From Escherichia phage vB_EcoM_TU01, in the sequence record MZ560701: a DNA stretch of 64,000 nt. One strand, written 5' to 3'. Within the stretch, counting starts at the first letter, position 1. Each line of letters starts with the position of its first letter. Below are positions 19,601 through 28,955 of this stretch, piece by piece. Position numbers and translations under genes: made by a program. The notes beneath the pieces are model-generated. The model did no database searches, had not been told where the DNA came from, and saw only the letters and a program-made list of their open reading frames with translations.

Positions 19601-20499
19601 TTCTGGTCGCCTTCCCATATACGCCATAAACTACTTGCAGCATCAAAAACAAAAAACGCGTCAGAGTCATTTCTGCCTTCGGCAATATGAGTCCCGACTT
19701 CGCCAATAGACGTTGTATCATCAAATGTTTTAACAATTGTATGATACAGTGGGTTTAATTNATCTAAATCGACTAGGCTGATTATATCACCATTGTTAGC
19801 ATTACGTGGAAGTGTAATGTTGATTGGTGCTGCACTAGTAAAACGACGAANGATAAAATCATTTGCTTGTGCTTGATATGGTGCCGCAGGTGTAACAGTG
19901 ATTGATTCTTTACCATAATCGGTAATATACATCTGCCACAAACGATTACTAAACACAAACAATAGTTGTGAACGTGGGCGCGTCATTAAAACTGTACGAA
20001 CTTGTTCACCTCTAAAGTTTAAAATACTCTGCACAGGCGCGTTAATCTGTACTTTAACTGTCCCGGTTCTTCCACCAATATCAGCCAAAACAACAGTATC
20101 ACCATCAACCGGCGTATTTGGCAATGTGAAAACCATATCATTACCGGCACCAGTGTTAACCGAAATCGATTCACCTGAAGAAAGTTGATAAGTCCCAGAA
20201 GCGACAGTTATCCATTGTGCATCGGTACGAACTGCACGCCATTGTAAAAGGTTAAATGCCCCGGAAGGAGACACGATATCATTTATTGCTTGATATAAAC
20301 GGTTGTCATAAAGAACAACAAATCCTTTGTTATATCCACGCGTAGAATCATATACTTGAACGGTGTTTTCTTGTACCAGGAAGTCAACGTTTACGCCATC
20401 AGTACCTACTGTACGGTCGGCTAATGCTACGTTAACAATCTTGTCGCCACCGGCGTCCAGACCGTCTTCGGCTCTGAACTTACGTTTGATGTCGGCCAT
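16624..20499 (-). CDS. 34: long tail fibre proximal subunit gp34
   Basis: 1291 aa (T4 gp34 1289 aa); repetitive ITPKKL/ATQAE motifs. Confidence 0.95.
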   Translation of the reverse strand: MADIKRKFRAEDGLDAGGDKIVNVALADRTVGTDGVNVDFLVQENTVQVYDSTRGYNKGFVVLYDNRLYQAINDIVSPSGAFNLLQWRAVRTDAQWITVASGTYQLSSGESISVNTGAGNDMVFTLPNTPVDGDTVVLADIGGRTGTVKVQINAPVQSILNFRGEQVRTVLMTRPRSQLLFVFSNRLWQMYITDYGKESITVTPAAPYQAQANDFIXRRFTSAAPINITLPRNANNGDIISLVDLDXLNPLYHTIVKTFDDTTSIGEVGTHIAEGRNDSDAFFVFDAASSLWRIWEGDQKSRLRIIRADSNIRPNEEVLIFGTNNATAGTINLTLPSGILSGDTVKISMNYMRKGQTVKIKAAEGDTIASSVALLQFPKRSEYPPDAQWVSVTELEFNGTTSYVPVLELAYIEDTVAXXRYWVVQQNVPTVERVDAGSDXXXARVGVIALATQAQANVDLENTPAKEVAITPETLANRTATESRRGIAKIATTAQVNQNSTASFVDDTIVTPKKLNERTATETRRGLAEIATQTETDAGLDDTTIITPKKLQARQXXETLSGIVKYVSTTSATPAETRGAAGTNVYNKDTXXLTISPKALDQYKATYAQQGAVILAVDSEVIAGQSQAGYSHAVVTPETLHKKTSTDGRIGLIEIATQAETNAGTDYTRAVTPKTLNDRRATEGLSGIAEIATQVEFDTGTDDTRISTPLKIKTHFDSSDRTSVNSDSGLIEEGTLWNHYTLDISKANETQRGTLRVATQAESNAGTLDDVLITPKKLLGTKSTETSEGVIKVATQAETVTGTSANTAVSPKNLKWIVQNEPTWAATTAXXGFVKTSSGSITFVGNDTVGSTQPLESXEKNSYXVSPYELNRVXANXLPLKAKAADTNLLDGLDSSQFIRRDIAQTVNGSLTLTQQTNLRAPLVSSSTATFGGSVSANSTLTISNTGXATRLIFEKGPQTGTNPAQTMTIXXWXXXXXGGXDTTRSTVFEVGDETSNHFYSQRNKDGNIAFSINGTVMPININASGLMNVNGXATFGRSVTANGEFISKSANAFRAINGDYGFFIRNDAANTYFMLTASGDQTGGFNGLRPLAINNASGQVTIGESLIIAKGATINSGGLTVNSRIRSQGTKTSDLXTXAPTSDTVGFWSIDINDSATYNXXPGYFKMVEKTNEVTGLPYLERGEEVKSPGTLTQFGNTLDSLYQDWITYPTTPEARTTRWTRTWQKTKNSWSSFVQVFDGGNPPQPSDIGALPSDNATIGNLTIRDFLRIGNVRIIPDPVNKSVKFEWIE

Positions 20500-20529
20500 T
20501 CGTTTTTCCTTTATTGTTTCAATAATACT

Positions 20530-20537
20530 TATTTATA
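20530..20537 (-). promoter_or_regulatory. late promoter of gene 34
   Basis: TATAAATA on the - strand about 30 nt upstream of gene 34. Confidence 0.75.
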
Positions 20538-20540
20538 CCA

Positions 20541-20570
20541 GTTTACGCTTTCAAATGAGTATGTTACTAT
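20541..20570 (+). promoter_or_regulatory. early promoter of rnh
   Basis: GTTTAC, 18 bp, TGtTACTAT. Confidence 0.65.
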
Positions 20571-20602
20571 AGACAAGTTGACTAACTGAACAAGAGGTTC
20601 AT

Positions 20603-21520
20603 ATGGATTTAGAAATGATGTTGGATGAAGATTACAAAGAAGGTATTGCACTTGCCGACTTTAGTAANATTGCATTGGCAGCTGCATTAAACAACTTTGA
20701 AGACGGTGATAAAATTACTGTTCCGATGGTTCGCCATGTAATCTTGAATTCAATTCGTAAAAACGTAGTGATGTTCCGTAAGCAAGGCTATACAAAATTT
20801 GTATTGTGTATGGATAATGCTACTTCAGGTTATTGGCGTCGTGACTTTGCTTACTATTACAAGAAAAATCGTAAAACCGATCGTGAAGCTTCAAAGTGGG
20901 ATTGGGAAGGATATTTTACTGCACTCCGTCAAGTTGTTGATGAGATTAAGAAATACATGCCATACGTTGTAATGGATATTGACAAGTATGAAGCGGATGA
21001 CCATATTGGTGTATTAACCAAATATTTGTCATTAGCTGGACATAAGGTATGTATTGTTGCATCAGATGGTGACTTTACACAATTACACAAATATCCTAAC
21101 GTTAAACAGTGGTCACCACCACAGAAAAAATGGGTTAAAATTAAGAACGGTTCTGCTGAAATTGATTGCATGACTAAAATTCTTAAAGGTGACCGTAAAG
21201 ACGGCGTTGCATCTGTTCGAGTTCGTGGCGACTTCTGGTTTACTAGAGTTGACGGTGAACGAACTCCGAGCATGAAAACATCGATTATTGAAGCAATTGC
21301 CAACGACCGTTCTCAAGCTGAAGTATTATTAAGTGCTGAAGAATATAAACGGTATCAAGAAAATTTGGTTCTCATTGATTTTGATTATATCCCTGATAAT
21401 ATTGCTTCAACCATTATAGAGTATTATAACTCATATAAACCACAACCTAAAGGCAAGATTTATTCATACTTTGTAAAATCTGGTCTTTCTAAATTAACAA
21501 GTGTAATTAATGAATTCTGA
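20603..21520 (+). CDS. rnh: RNase H (5'-3' exonuclease, FEN-1 family)
   Basis: 305 aa; MDLEMMLDEDYKEGI..., DIDKYEADDHI, SDGDFTQLHKYPNVKQW match T4 RNase H. Confidence 0.97.
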   Translation: MDLEMMLDEDYKEGIALADFSXIALAAALNNFEDGDKITVPMVRHVILNSIRKNVVMFRKQGYTKFVLCMDNATSGYWRRDFAYYYKKNRKTDREASKWDWEGYFTALRQVVDEIKKYMPYVVMDIDKYEADDHIGVLTKYLSLAGHKVCIVASDGDFTQLHKYPNVKQWSPPQKKWVKIKNGSAEIDCMTKILKGDRKDGVASVRVRGDFWFTRVDGERTPSMKTSIIEAIANDRSQAEVLLSAEEYKRYQENLVLIDFDYIPDNIASTIIEYYNSYKPQPKGKIYSYFVKSGLSKLTSVINEF

Positions 21521-21527
21521 GGTAAAC

Positions 21528-21797
21528 ATGGCTAAGAAAGAAGCAGTTGAATTTAATCAAGATGTGCATGGTGAAGAACTGGCTAAACTAGTCAAGGAAG
21601 CTTCCGATAACAAACTTAAAATTTCTGGTTATAATGAACTGATTAAAGACATTCGTACTCGTGCCAAAGAAGAGCTTGGCGTCGATGGAAAAATGTTTAA
21701 TCGTTTGTTAGCTCTTTATCATAAAGACGCTCGTGACCAATTTGAAGCTGAAAACGAAGAGGTAGTCGAGCTTTATGACACAGTTTTCACTAAGTGA
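21528..21797 (+). CDS. dsbA: dsDNA-binding protein DsbA
   Basis: 89 aa from MAKKE with GAGGT RBS; KLKISGYNELIKDIR, GKMFNRLLALYHKD match T4 DsbA. Confidence 0.9.
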   Translation: MAKKEAVEFNQDVHGEELAKLVKEASDNKLKISGYNELIKDIRTRAKEELGVDGKMFNRLLALYHKDARDQFEAENEEVVELYDTVFTK

Positions 21798-22113
21798 TAT
21801 TAAACCGGTTGATGAGGCCGGTTTATCTGAACAAGAATTAGCAGTAAAACACGATAAAGATGATATCGCTAAATTGCTTGACCGACAAGAAAATGGATTC
21901 ATTATCGAATCCATGGTTGAACAATTTGGTATGTCTTATTTAGAAGCAACAACTGCTTTCTTGGAAGAAAATTCTATTCCAGAAACACAATTTGCTAAAT
22001 TTATTCCTACAGGAATTGTTGAAAAAATTACAAGCGAAGCAATTGATGAAAACATGCTTCGCCCATCAGTTGCTCGTGGTGAAAAAACTAATACGTTAGA
22101 TTTCTTATTATGA
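21775..22113 (+). CDS. 33: late-transcription accessory protein gp33
   Basis: 112 aa; MTQFSLSDIKPVDE..., EENSIPETQFAKFIP, EKTNTLDFLL match T4 gp33. Confidence 0.95.
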   Translation: MTQFSLSDIKPVDEAGLSEQELAVKHDKDDIAKLLDRQENGFIIESMVEQFGMSYLEATTAFLEENSIPETQFAKFIPTGIVEKITSEAIDENMLRPSVARGEKTNTLDFLL

Positions 22114-22763
22114 TTAAAATACGCATGCCTCCTGATGGAGAACGTTATATTAACGGAAAATCGGTATACAAACTGTACTTGATGTGCAAACAACATTTTA
22201 ATGGTCGGTATGACGTAATCAAATATAACTGGTGCATGCGTGTTTCGGATAATGCGTATCAAAAACGCCGAGATAAATATTTCTTTGAAAAACTAGCAGA
22301 GAAATATAAATTGAAGGAACTCACCTTGATATTCATAAGCAACTTAGTTGCTAACCAAGACGCATGGATTGGTGAGATATCAGACGCTGATGCATTAGTT
22401 TTCTATAGGGAATATATTGGACGTCTCAAACAAGCCAAGGAGACGTTTGCTGAAGATGTACGTAACATCTACTATTTCAGTAAGAAAGTTGAAGTTAACG
22501 CGCTTCAAGAGATATTTGATTATAATAACAACGTTCAGTCGAGCTACATATTCAAATTGCTACAAAGCAATATAATTTCATTTGAGACTTTCTTATTGTT
22601 GGACTCATTTTTGAATATTATAGATAAGCACGACGAACTCACCGATAATTTAGTCTGGCAAAATTATTCTACCAAATTAAAGGCATATCGAAAAATACTT
22701 CAAATCGATGGAAATGCTGCTAAGAAATTGTTCATAGAAACAATCAAATCATGTAAGTATTAA
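22110..22763 (+). CDS. 59: helicase loader gp59
   Basis: 217 aa; MIKIRMP..., YNWCMRVSD, FISNLVANQDAWIG match T4 gp59. Confidence 0.95.
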   Translation: MIKIRMPPDGERYINGKSVYKLYLMCKQHFNGRYDVIKYNWCMRVSDNAYQKRRDKYFFEKLAEKYKLKELTLIFISNLVANQDAWIGEISDADALVFYREYIGRLKQAKETFAEDVRNIYYFSKKVEVNALQEIFDYNNNVQSSYIFKLLQSNIISFETFLLLDSFLNIIDKHDELTDNLVWQNYSTKLKAYRKILQIDGNAAKKLFIETIKSCKY

Positions 22764-22792
22764 GCTTTATTTCTTGTGTGTTAAAATTACTT

Positions 22793-22800
22793 TATAAATA
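22793..22800 (+). promoter_or_regulatory. late promoter of gene 32
   Basis: TATAAATA on the + strand in the gene 32 leader. Confidence 0.55.
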
Positions 22801-22810
22801 AATCATACCA

Positions 22811-22885
22811 GCTACGAGGTATAAGTGTCGTAGCAACCAACTGTAANTAAATAAATTAAATAATCTAAATAAAAGGTAATAATCC
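22811..22885 (+). promoter_or_regulatory. gene 32 autoregulatory translational operator (hairpin/pseudoknot plus A/U-rich leader)
   Basis: GCTACG...CGTAGC hairpin followed by about 45 nt of unstructured A/U-rich sequence up to the gene 32 ATG. Confidence 0.5.
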
Positions 22886-23785
22886 ATGTTTAAACGTAAA
22901 TCTACTGCTGACCTCGCTGCTCAAATGGCTAAACTGAATGGTAACAAAGGTTTCTCTTCAGAAGATAAAGGCGAATGGAAGCTGAAGCTAGATGCATCCG
23001 GTAATGGTCAAGCGGTAATTCGTTTCTTGCCAGCAAAAACTGATGATGCACTACCATTTGCAATTCTTGTTAACCACGGTTTCAAGAAAAATGGTAAATG
23101 GTATATTGAAAATTGCTCTTCTACACATGGTGATTATGACTCTTGTCCTGTATGTCAGTACATTAGTAAAAATGACCTGTACAATACCAACAAAGCTGAA
23201 TATTCTCAACTGAAACGTAAAACTTCTTATTGGGCTAATATTCTGGTTGTTAAAGACCCTCAAGCTCCAGATAACGAAGGTAAAGTATTTAAATATCGTT
23301 TCGGTAAAAAGATTTGGGACAAAATCAATGCAATGATTGCAGTTGATACCGAAATGGGTGAAACTCCAGTTGATGTTACTTGTCCGTTTGAAGGTGCTAA
23401 CTTTGTTCTGAAAGCTAAGCAGGTTTCAGGTTTTAGCAACTATGACGAATCTAAATTCTTGGGTCAATCTGAAATTCCTCGTATTAATGACGAAGCATTC
23501 CAGAAAGAACTATATGACCAGATGGTAGACCTTACTACTTTGACGGCTAAAGACCAGTTCAAATCCTTTGAAAAATTAAATGAATCTTTCGCTAAGGTTC
23601 TTGGTACTGCCGCTCTTGGTGGTGCAGCAGCCGCAGCAGCTTCTGTTGCAGATAAAGTTGCTTCTGACCTTGACGATTTTGATAAAGACATGGAAGCCTT
23701 TAGTTCTGCAAAAACTGAAGATGACTTCATGAGTACCTCGTCTTCTGACGATGGCGACCTCGATGACCTGTTAGCNGGTCTATAA
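22886..23785 (+). CDS. 32: ssDNA-binding protein gp32
   Basis: 299 aa; [36 protein letters not shown], zinc-site [13 protein letters not shown], acidic C-tail. Confidence 0.97.
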   Translation: MFKRKSTADLAAQMAKLNGNKGFSSEDKGEWKLKLDASGNGQAVIRFLPAKTDDALPFAILVNHGFKKNGKWYIENCSSTHGDYDSCPVCQYISKNDLYNTNKAEYSQLKRKTSYWANILVVKDPQAPDNEGKVFKYRFGKKIWDKINAMIAVDTEMGETPVDVTCPFEGANFVLKAKQVSGFSNYDESKFLGQSEIPRINDEAFQKELYDQMVDLTTLTAKDQFKSFEKLNESFAKVLGTAALGGAAAAAASVADKVASDLDDFDKDMEAFSSAKTEDDFMSTSSSDDGDLDDLLXGL

Positions 23786-23791
23786 TAAATT

Positions 23792-23813
23792 GGGAGACTT
23801 CGGTCTCCCTTTT
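23792..23813 (+). terminator. intrinsic terminator after gene 32
   Basis: GGGAGAC-TTCG-GTCTCCC then TTTT. Confidence 0.85.
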
Positions 23814-23840
23814 GAGTATCTGTAAATTGCCGAAAAAGTT

Positions 23841-23870
23841 GTTTACTTCTTCCCTGGATGTATTAGTATA
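23841..23870 (+). promoter_or_regulatory. T4-type early promoter
   Basis: GTTTAC, 18 bp, TAGTAT. Confidence 0.55.
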
Positions 23871-23898
23871 GNCNTATCAACAACATGAGGAAATCAAA

Positions 23899-24303
23899 AT
23901 GGAAATCGGAAAATCTTATATCATTAACCCTTTATTTAAAGACGACTTTGTTCAAGAAGCACCACATAATAACGCTAAGATGTTAAAATTGATTGAACTC
24001 CATGGGCCTAGTTTTGTTGTAAACGGAATGGAACCTGATTATGATAGCGATACGCCAAACGTAGTAAGTGTAACTATGGAAGACGGTACTGTATGTTCTG
24101 CCGGTGGTGAAATTGAAACTTATTTTGAGATTTATCCTGACGAGTTCAAATACTTTATTGAGTACTTTACTGAGGTANNTTTAGTAAAGCCTCAACCTAC
24201 TAACGAAGGTATAACTTTAGGTGTAACAAAAATCCATTGTATCGTAGATGAAACCAACGTCGACGAAATCATCAAACTTTTGCAAAAAACTTTTAAAAAG
24301 TAG
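23899..24303 (+). CDS. hypothetical protein
   Basis: 134-aa ORF downstream of an early promoter. Confidence 0.7.
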   Translation: MEIGKSYIINPLFKDDFVQEAPHNNAKMLKLIELHGPSFVVNGMEPDYDSDTPNVVSVTMEDGTVCSAGGEIETYFEIYPDEFKYFIEYFTEVXLVKPQPTNEGITLGVTKIHCIVDETNVDEIIKLLQKTFKK

Positions 24304-24332
24304 TATACAATCAGATAGGGCTATGTTATAGT
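24303..24332 (+). promoter_or_regulatory. T4-type early promoter
   Basis: GTATAC, 18 bp, TGtTATAGT; perfect 10-bp inverted repeat GATAGGGCTA/TAGCCCTATC around the -10. Confidence 0.55.
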
Positions 24333-24367
24333 AGCCCTATCAAATCAAAAGTGAAGCGGAGAATAAA

Positions 24368-24616
24368 ATGAGATTGCAACGCCAGAGCATCAAAGATTCT
24401 GAAGTTAGAGGTAAATGGTACTTCAACATCGTTGGTAAAGACGCTGAACTCCTTGAACAAGCTGAAGAAGCTTTACGCGAAATGGGTTGGAACGAAGAAT
24501 GTGACGGATGTCCACTCTACGAAGATGGTGAAAGTGCAGGATTCTGGATTTATCATTCTGACGTCGATCAGTTTAAAGCTGATTGGAAAGTTGTTAAGAA
24601 AAATCTGAGGAAATAA
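24368..24616 (+). CDS. hypothetical protein
   Basis: 82-aa ORF downstream of an early promoter. Confidence 0.7.
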   Translation: MRLQRQSIKDSEVRGKWYFNIVGKDAELLEQAEEALREMGWNEECDGCPLYEDGESAGFWIYHSDVDQFKADWKVVKKNLRK

Positions 24617-24618
24617 TT

Positions 24619-24867
24619 ATGAATGTTGTTGTTGAATACTCTCAAGGCGCTGATGTAGGATATGAAGTTTACACTTCAGTTAATTTAGACCATCCGGATT
24701 TGGCCGAATTCATTGGTGACGCATTTGATTTGTCTGGGCGATACACAACAAAACCTCGTGTTTGTGTTACAACATTTGACCAAACCGATGGTTNTGAAAT
24801 TCAGACAGAANTAGTTTCATCTAAATCACAAATCCAAAAAGTTATTAAAGGACTTAAAAATGCTTAA
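24619..24867 (+). CDS. hypothetical protein
   Basis: 82-aa ORF immediately upstream of frd. Confidence 0.7.
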   Translation: MNVVVEYSQGADVGYEVYTSVNLDHPDLAEFIGDAFDLSGRYTTKPRVCVTTFDQTDGXEIQTEXVSSKSQIQKVIKGLKNA

Positions 24868-25447
24868 ATTAGTATTCGCATGCGCACCGTCTAAAACAGT
24901 TGATGATAAACTGGAATATGCTTTTGGATTAGGTGATGGACTTCCATGGAAGCATATCAAACAAGATATGAGTAACTTTGTTGCTCGCACTAAAAATACT
25001 GTAATGGTTATGGGTGCTAAGACATTTGCATCATTACCTCGTCTACTCCCGGATCGTACTCATGTGGTTGTCACTGATATGGCCAGAAAACTGCCTAGGA
25101 CTAAAACCAACGAACTTGCACATTTCTATATCACCCAAGCAGAATTTATTACCTTGGTAATGGGTAGTGAAATTAACTTGTTCAGCCCTTCAACCGACGT
25201 ACCGTTTAAACTTTCTACTGAACATGTTGATGTCTCGGTTATTGGTGGTCCTGCTTTATTAAAACAAGCACTGCCTTATGCCGATGAAATCGTGATGACT
25301 AAAATCATTAAGAAATGTCGTGTTAATTCTGATGTTCAACTTGATAAAGATTTCGTCCAAGATATTATGCTTCAACGTTCTATGGTAGAATCTCATTACT
25401 ACAGAATCGATGAACTCACCGAAATTACTGAGAGTGTTTATAAATGA
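24860..25447 (+). CDS. frd: dihydrofolate reductase
   Basis: 195 aa; AFGLGDGLPW, MVMGAKTF, VIGGPALL match T4 Frd. Confidence 0.95.
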   Translation: MLKLVFACAPSKTVDDKLEYAFGLGDGLPWKHIKQDMSNFVARTKNTVMVMGAKTFASLPRLLPDRTHVVVTDMARKLPRTKTNELAHFYITQAEFITLVMGSEINLFSPSTDVPFKLSTEHVDVSVIGGPALLKQALPYADEIVMTKIIKKCRVNSDVQLDKDFVQDIMLQRSMVESHYYRIDELTEITESVYK

Positions 25448-26304
25448 AACAATACCAATACCTGATTAAAGATATCTTAGAAAATGGCTACGAAACAGAC
25501 GACCGTACAGGTACCGGCACTATTGCTCTGTTCGGAACTAAATTACGTTGGGATCTAACTAAAGGATTCCCTGCAGTAACAACTAAGAAATTAGCATGGA
25601 AAGCTTGTATTGCCGAGCTATTATGGTTCATGTCTGGTTCTACCAATGTTAATGATTTGCGTATTCGTACTCATGGTAGTCTTATTCAAGGTAAAACTAT
25701 TTGGGACGACAACTATGAAAATCAGGCAAAAGACCTTGGTTATCATAGTGGTGAACTTGGTCCTATATATGGTAAACAATGGCGTGATTTCGGTGGTGTG
25801 GATCAATTAGTTGAAACAATCGACCGTATTAAAAAATTACCAACTGACCGTCGTCAAATTGTTTCTGCCTGGAATCCAGCCGAAATAAATCAAATGGCTC
25901 TTCCTCCTTGCCACATGTTCTATCAATTCAATGTGCGTAATGGCCATCTTGATTTACAATGGTATCAACGNAGTGTAGATGTTTTCTTGGGCCTGCCGTT
26001 CAACATTGCCTCGTACGCTGCCTTGACACATATTGTAGCGAAGATGTGTAACCTTATCCCAGGTGATTTAGTGTTCTCAGGCGGCAACACGCATATCTAC
26101 AGCAATCATGTAGAACAATGCAAAGAAGTTCTTCGTCGTGAACCTAAAGAGTTGTGTGAATTNNNNNNNNNNNNNNNNNNNNNNNNNNNNNNNNNNNNNN
26201 NNNNNNNNNNNNNNNNNNNNNNNNNNNNNNNNNNNNNNNNNNNNGACTTTATTCTTAAAAATTACGAATCACATCCGGCTATCAAAGCTAAAATGGCGGT
26301 ATAA
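25444..26304 (+). CDS. td: thymidylate synthase (continuous, no intron)
   Basis: 286 aa single ORF; DRTGTGT, catalytic [20 protein letters not shown]; the 82-nt N-run is in frame and far too short for a group I intron. Confidence 0.95.
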   Translation: MKQYQYLIKDILENGYETDDRTGTGTIALFGTKLRWDLTKGFPAVTTKKLAWKACIAELLWFMSGSTNVNDLRIRTHGSLIQGKTIWDDNYENQAKDLGYHSGELGPIYGKQWRDFGGVDQLVETIDRIKKLPTDRRQIVSAWNPAEINQMALPPCHMFYQFNVRNGHLDLQWYQXSVDVFLGLPFNIASYAALTHIVAKMCNLIPGDLVFSGGNTHIYSNHVEQCKEVLRREPKELCEXXXXXXXXXXXXXXXXXXXXXXXXXXXXDFILKNYESHPAIKAKMAV

Positions 26305-26305
26305 A

Positions 26306-26560
26306 ATGATTTTACGTTTTATTAATTCATATGGCACCACAATTTTTGAAATGAAAAATCCTACCGAACTGGATATCCCTTCGCCGAATAGTGAAATCAC
26401 AGTTAAAGGTGAACGATTCATTTGCTATTCACACGAACGAATTTATGAATATCGTGAATTTTGTGGTGGTTACGGTATGGAAAAAGAACCGTTGGTTTAT
26501 TTCGATATCACAGTCTTGACTCCTAAAGAATANGAAGAAATTATTGCTGAGGATAATTAA
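26306..26560 (+). CDS. hypothetical protein
   Basis: 84-aa ORF from the ATG 2 nt after the td stop. Confidence 0.6.
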   Translation: MILRFINSYGTTIFEMKNPTELDIPSPNSEITVKGERFICYSHERIYEYREFCGGYGMEKEPLVYFDITVLTPKEXEEIIAEDN

Positions 26561-26561
26561 C

Positions 26562-26584
26562 GCTTCAGTTTAAAAGTGTATAAT
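26562..26584 (+). promoter_or_regulatory. candidate MotA-dependent middle promoter of nrdA
   Basis: MotA-box-like GCTTCA about 11 bp upstream of TATAAT. Confidence 0.4.
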
Positions 26585-26647
26585 AAATTAACGGGATAAA
26601 TACTATCCCGTTTGGAGTAATGTCTATCAACCTATACTGAGGAATAT

Positions 26648-28903
26648 ATGCAAGTAACTAAGAGCAGTGGTGTATCCCAAAATTTTGATGCACAGAAAAT
26701 TATTCAAGTATTAACTTGGCAATGTGAAGGAACACAAATCGACCCGTATGAATTGTATGAAGAAATTAAGACCCATCTTGTCGATGGGATGAGCACCAAA
26801 GATATTCAGAAGATTTGTATTAAAGTTGCAGCTAACTCGATTTCTGTCGAAGAACCTGATTATCAATATGTTGCCGCTAAAGGATTAATGTTTGCACTTC
26901 GTAAAGATGTATATGGACAGTTTGAACCTCCTGCTTTTATCGACCATATTTCTTATTGTGTTAATGAAGGCAAATACGATCCCGAGTTGTTGTCTAGATA
27001 TTCTGCAGAAGAAATCATTTATCTTGATTCTCAGATTAAACATGAGCGAGATTTTGACCTGACTTATGCTGGTGCTATGCAGCTTAAAGAAAAATACCTG
27101 GTTAAAGATAAAACAACTGGGAAGATTTATGAAACTCCCCAGTTTGCTATCATGGCTATTGGTATGGCCTTACATCAAGACGAAACTCACGACCGTTTGA
27201 AACATATTATTCGTTTTTATGATGCCGTTTCTACTCATCAAGTTTCATTGCCTACTCCAATTATGGCAGGTGCTCGTACTCCGACTCGCCAGTTCTCTAG
27301 TTGTGTAGTTATTGAAGCTGGTGATTCGTTAAAATCTATTAACAAAACTTCAGCATCAATTATTGAATATATTTCTAAACGAGCTGGTATCGGTATCAAC
27401 GTTGGTATGCTTCGCGCAGAAGGTTCTAAGATCGGTATGGGTGAAGTTCGACATACGGGTGTTATTCCATTCTGGAAACATTTCCAAACTGCAGTAAAAT
27501 CTTGTTCTCAAGGTGGTATTCGTGGTGGTGCTGCTACAGCGTATTATCCGATGTGGCACTTAGAAGTAGAGAACCTATTAGTTCTGAAAAATAACAAAGG
27601 CGTGGATGAAAACCGTATTCGACATATGGACTACGGAATTCAGATTAATGACCTTATGATGGAACGCCTTGGTAAAAATGATTATATTACTTTATTTAGC
27701 CCTCACGAAATGTCAGGCGAACTATACTACTCGTTCTTTGAAGATCAAGATAAATTCCGTGAGCTTTATGAGAAAGCTGAAAAAGACCCAACAATCAGAA
27801 AGAAAAGAATCAAAGCACTAGAACTCTTTGAATTGTTCATGACTGAACGTTCTGGCACTGCTCGAATTTATCCGCAGTTTGTTGATAACACGAATAACTA
27901 CACTCCGTTTATTCGTGAAAAAGCTCCAATTCGTCAGAGTAACTTATGTTGTGAAATCGCTATTCCAACTAATGATGTGAATGGTCCTGATGCTGAAATT
28001 GGTTTATGCACGTTATCTGCTTTTGTATTAGATAAATTTGATTGGCAAGACCAAGATAAAATTAATGAACTTGCTGAAGTACAAGTACGTGCACTTGATA
28101 ACCTGTTAGACTATCAAGATTATCCGGTTCCAGAAGCTTTAAAAGCTAAAAAGCGTCGAAACCTTGGTGTCGGTGTGACGAACTATGCTGCATGGTTAGC
28201 TTCTAACTTTGCTTCATATGAAGACGCTAACGATTTGACTCATGAATTGTTTGAGAGATTGCAATATGGCCTTATCAAAGCTTCAATCAAACTCGCCAAA
28301 GAAAAAGGACCTTGTGAGTATTATTCAGACACTAAATGGTCTAGAGGCGAATTACCTATCGACTGGTACAATAAAAAGATTGACCAAATCGCAGCCCCGA
28401 ACTACGTCTGTGACTGGGAAGAACTTCGAGCTGAACTCAAAGAACATGGAATTCGTAACTCAACGTTGTCTGCACTCATGCCTTGTGAGTCAAGCAGTCA
28501 AGTATCGAACTCTACAAACGGGATTGAGCCACCGCGTGGTCCAGTAAGTATTAAAGAATCTAAAGAAGGCAACTTCCGACAGGTTGTTCCTAATATCGAA
28601 CATAACATGAGTCTTTACGACTATGCGTGGAAACTTGCTAAGAAAGGTAATAAACCTTATTTGACCCAAGTTGCTATCATGTTGAAATGGGTGTGCCAAT
28701 CTGCTTCTGCTAATACTTACTATGACCCTGCAGTATTTGAGAAAGGTAAAGTGCCAATGTCAGTAATGCTTGACGATCTGCTTTACTTCTGGTACTTTGG
28801 CGGAAAAAACCTCTACTATCATAACACTCGTGATGGGTCAGGTACAGATGACTATGAATTAGAAACACCTAAAGCTGAAGATTGTTCTGCTTGTAAGCTT
28901 TAA
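26648..28903 (+). CDS. nrdA: aerobic ribonucleotide reductase large subunit
   Basis: 751 aa; ATP-cone N-terminus, active-site NLCCEI, C-terminal CSACKL; matches T4 NrdA. Confidence 0.97.
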   Translation: MQVTKSSGVSQNFDAQKIIQVLTWQCEGTQIDPYELYEEIKTHLVDGMSTKDIQKICIKVAANSISVEEPDYQYVAAKGLMFALRKDVYGQFEPPAFIDHISYCVNEGKYDPELLSRYSAEEIIYLDSQIKHERDFDLTYAGAMQLKEKYLVKDKTTGKIYETPQFAIMAIGMALHQDETHDRLKHIIRFYDAVSTHQVSLPTPIMAGARTPTRQFSSCVVIEAGDSLKSINKTSASIIEYISKRAGIGINVGMLRAEGSKIGMGEVRHTGVIPFWKHFQTAVKSCSQGGIRGGAATAYYPMWHLEVENLLVLKNNKGVDENRIRHMDYGIQINDLMMERLGKNDYITLFSPHEMSGELYYSFFEDQDKFRELYEKAEKDPTIRKKRIKALELFELFMTERSGTARIYPQFVDNTNNYTPFIREKAPIRQSNLCCEIAIPTNDVNGPDAEIGLCTLSAFVLDKFDWQDQDKINELAEVQVRALDNLLDYQDYPVPEALKAKKRRNLGVGVTNYAAWLASNFASYEDANDLTHELFERLQYGLIKASIKLAKEKGPCEYYSDTKWSRGELPIDWYNKKIDQIAAPNYVCDWEELRAELKEHGIRNSTLSALMPCESSSQVSNSTNGIEPPRGPVSIKESKEGNFRQVVPNIEHNMSLYDYAWKLAKKGNKPYLTQVAIMLKWVCQSASANTYYDPAVFEKGKVPMSVMLDDLLYFWYFGGKNLYYHNTRDGSGTDDYELETPKAEDCSACKL

Positions 28904-28955
28904 GACTTTTGATTATAATTTACTCATGGATGAGTTAAACTAAGTGAGAAATATA

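Noticed and set aside
16710-19736. Short ORFs inside or antisense to gene 34 (16710..16913, 17494..17679, 18247..18447, 19469..19736)
   Set aside because: Embedded in the gp34 coding frame with no independent signals; spurious.
26163-26244. Possible group I intron in td at the N-run
   Set aside because: The masked segment is 82 nt and in frame; a T4-type td intron is around 1 kb, and the exon-junction residues are continuous.
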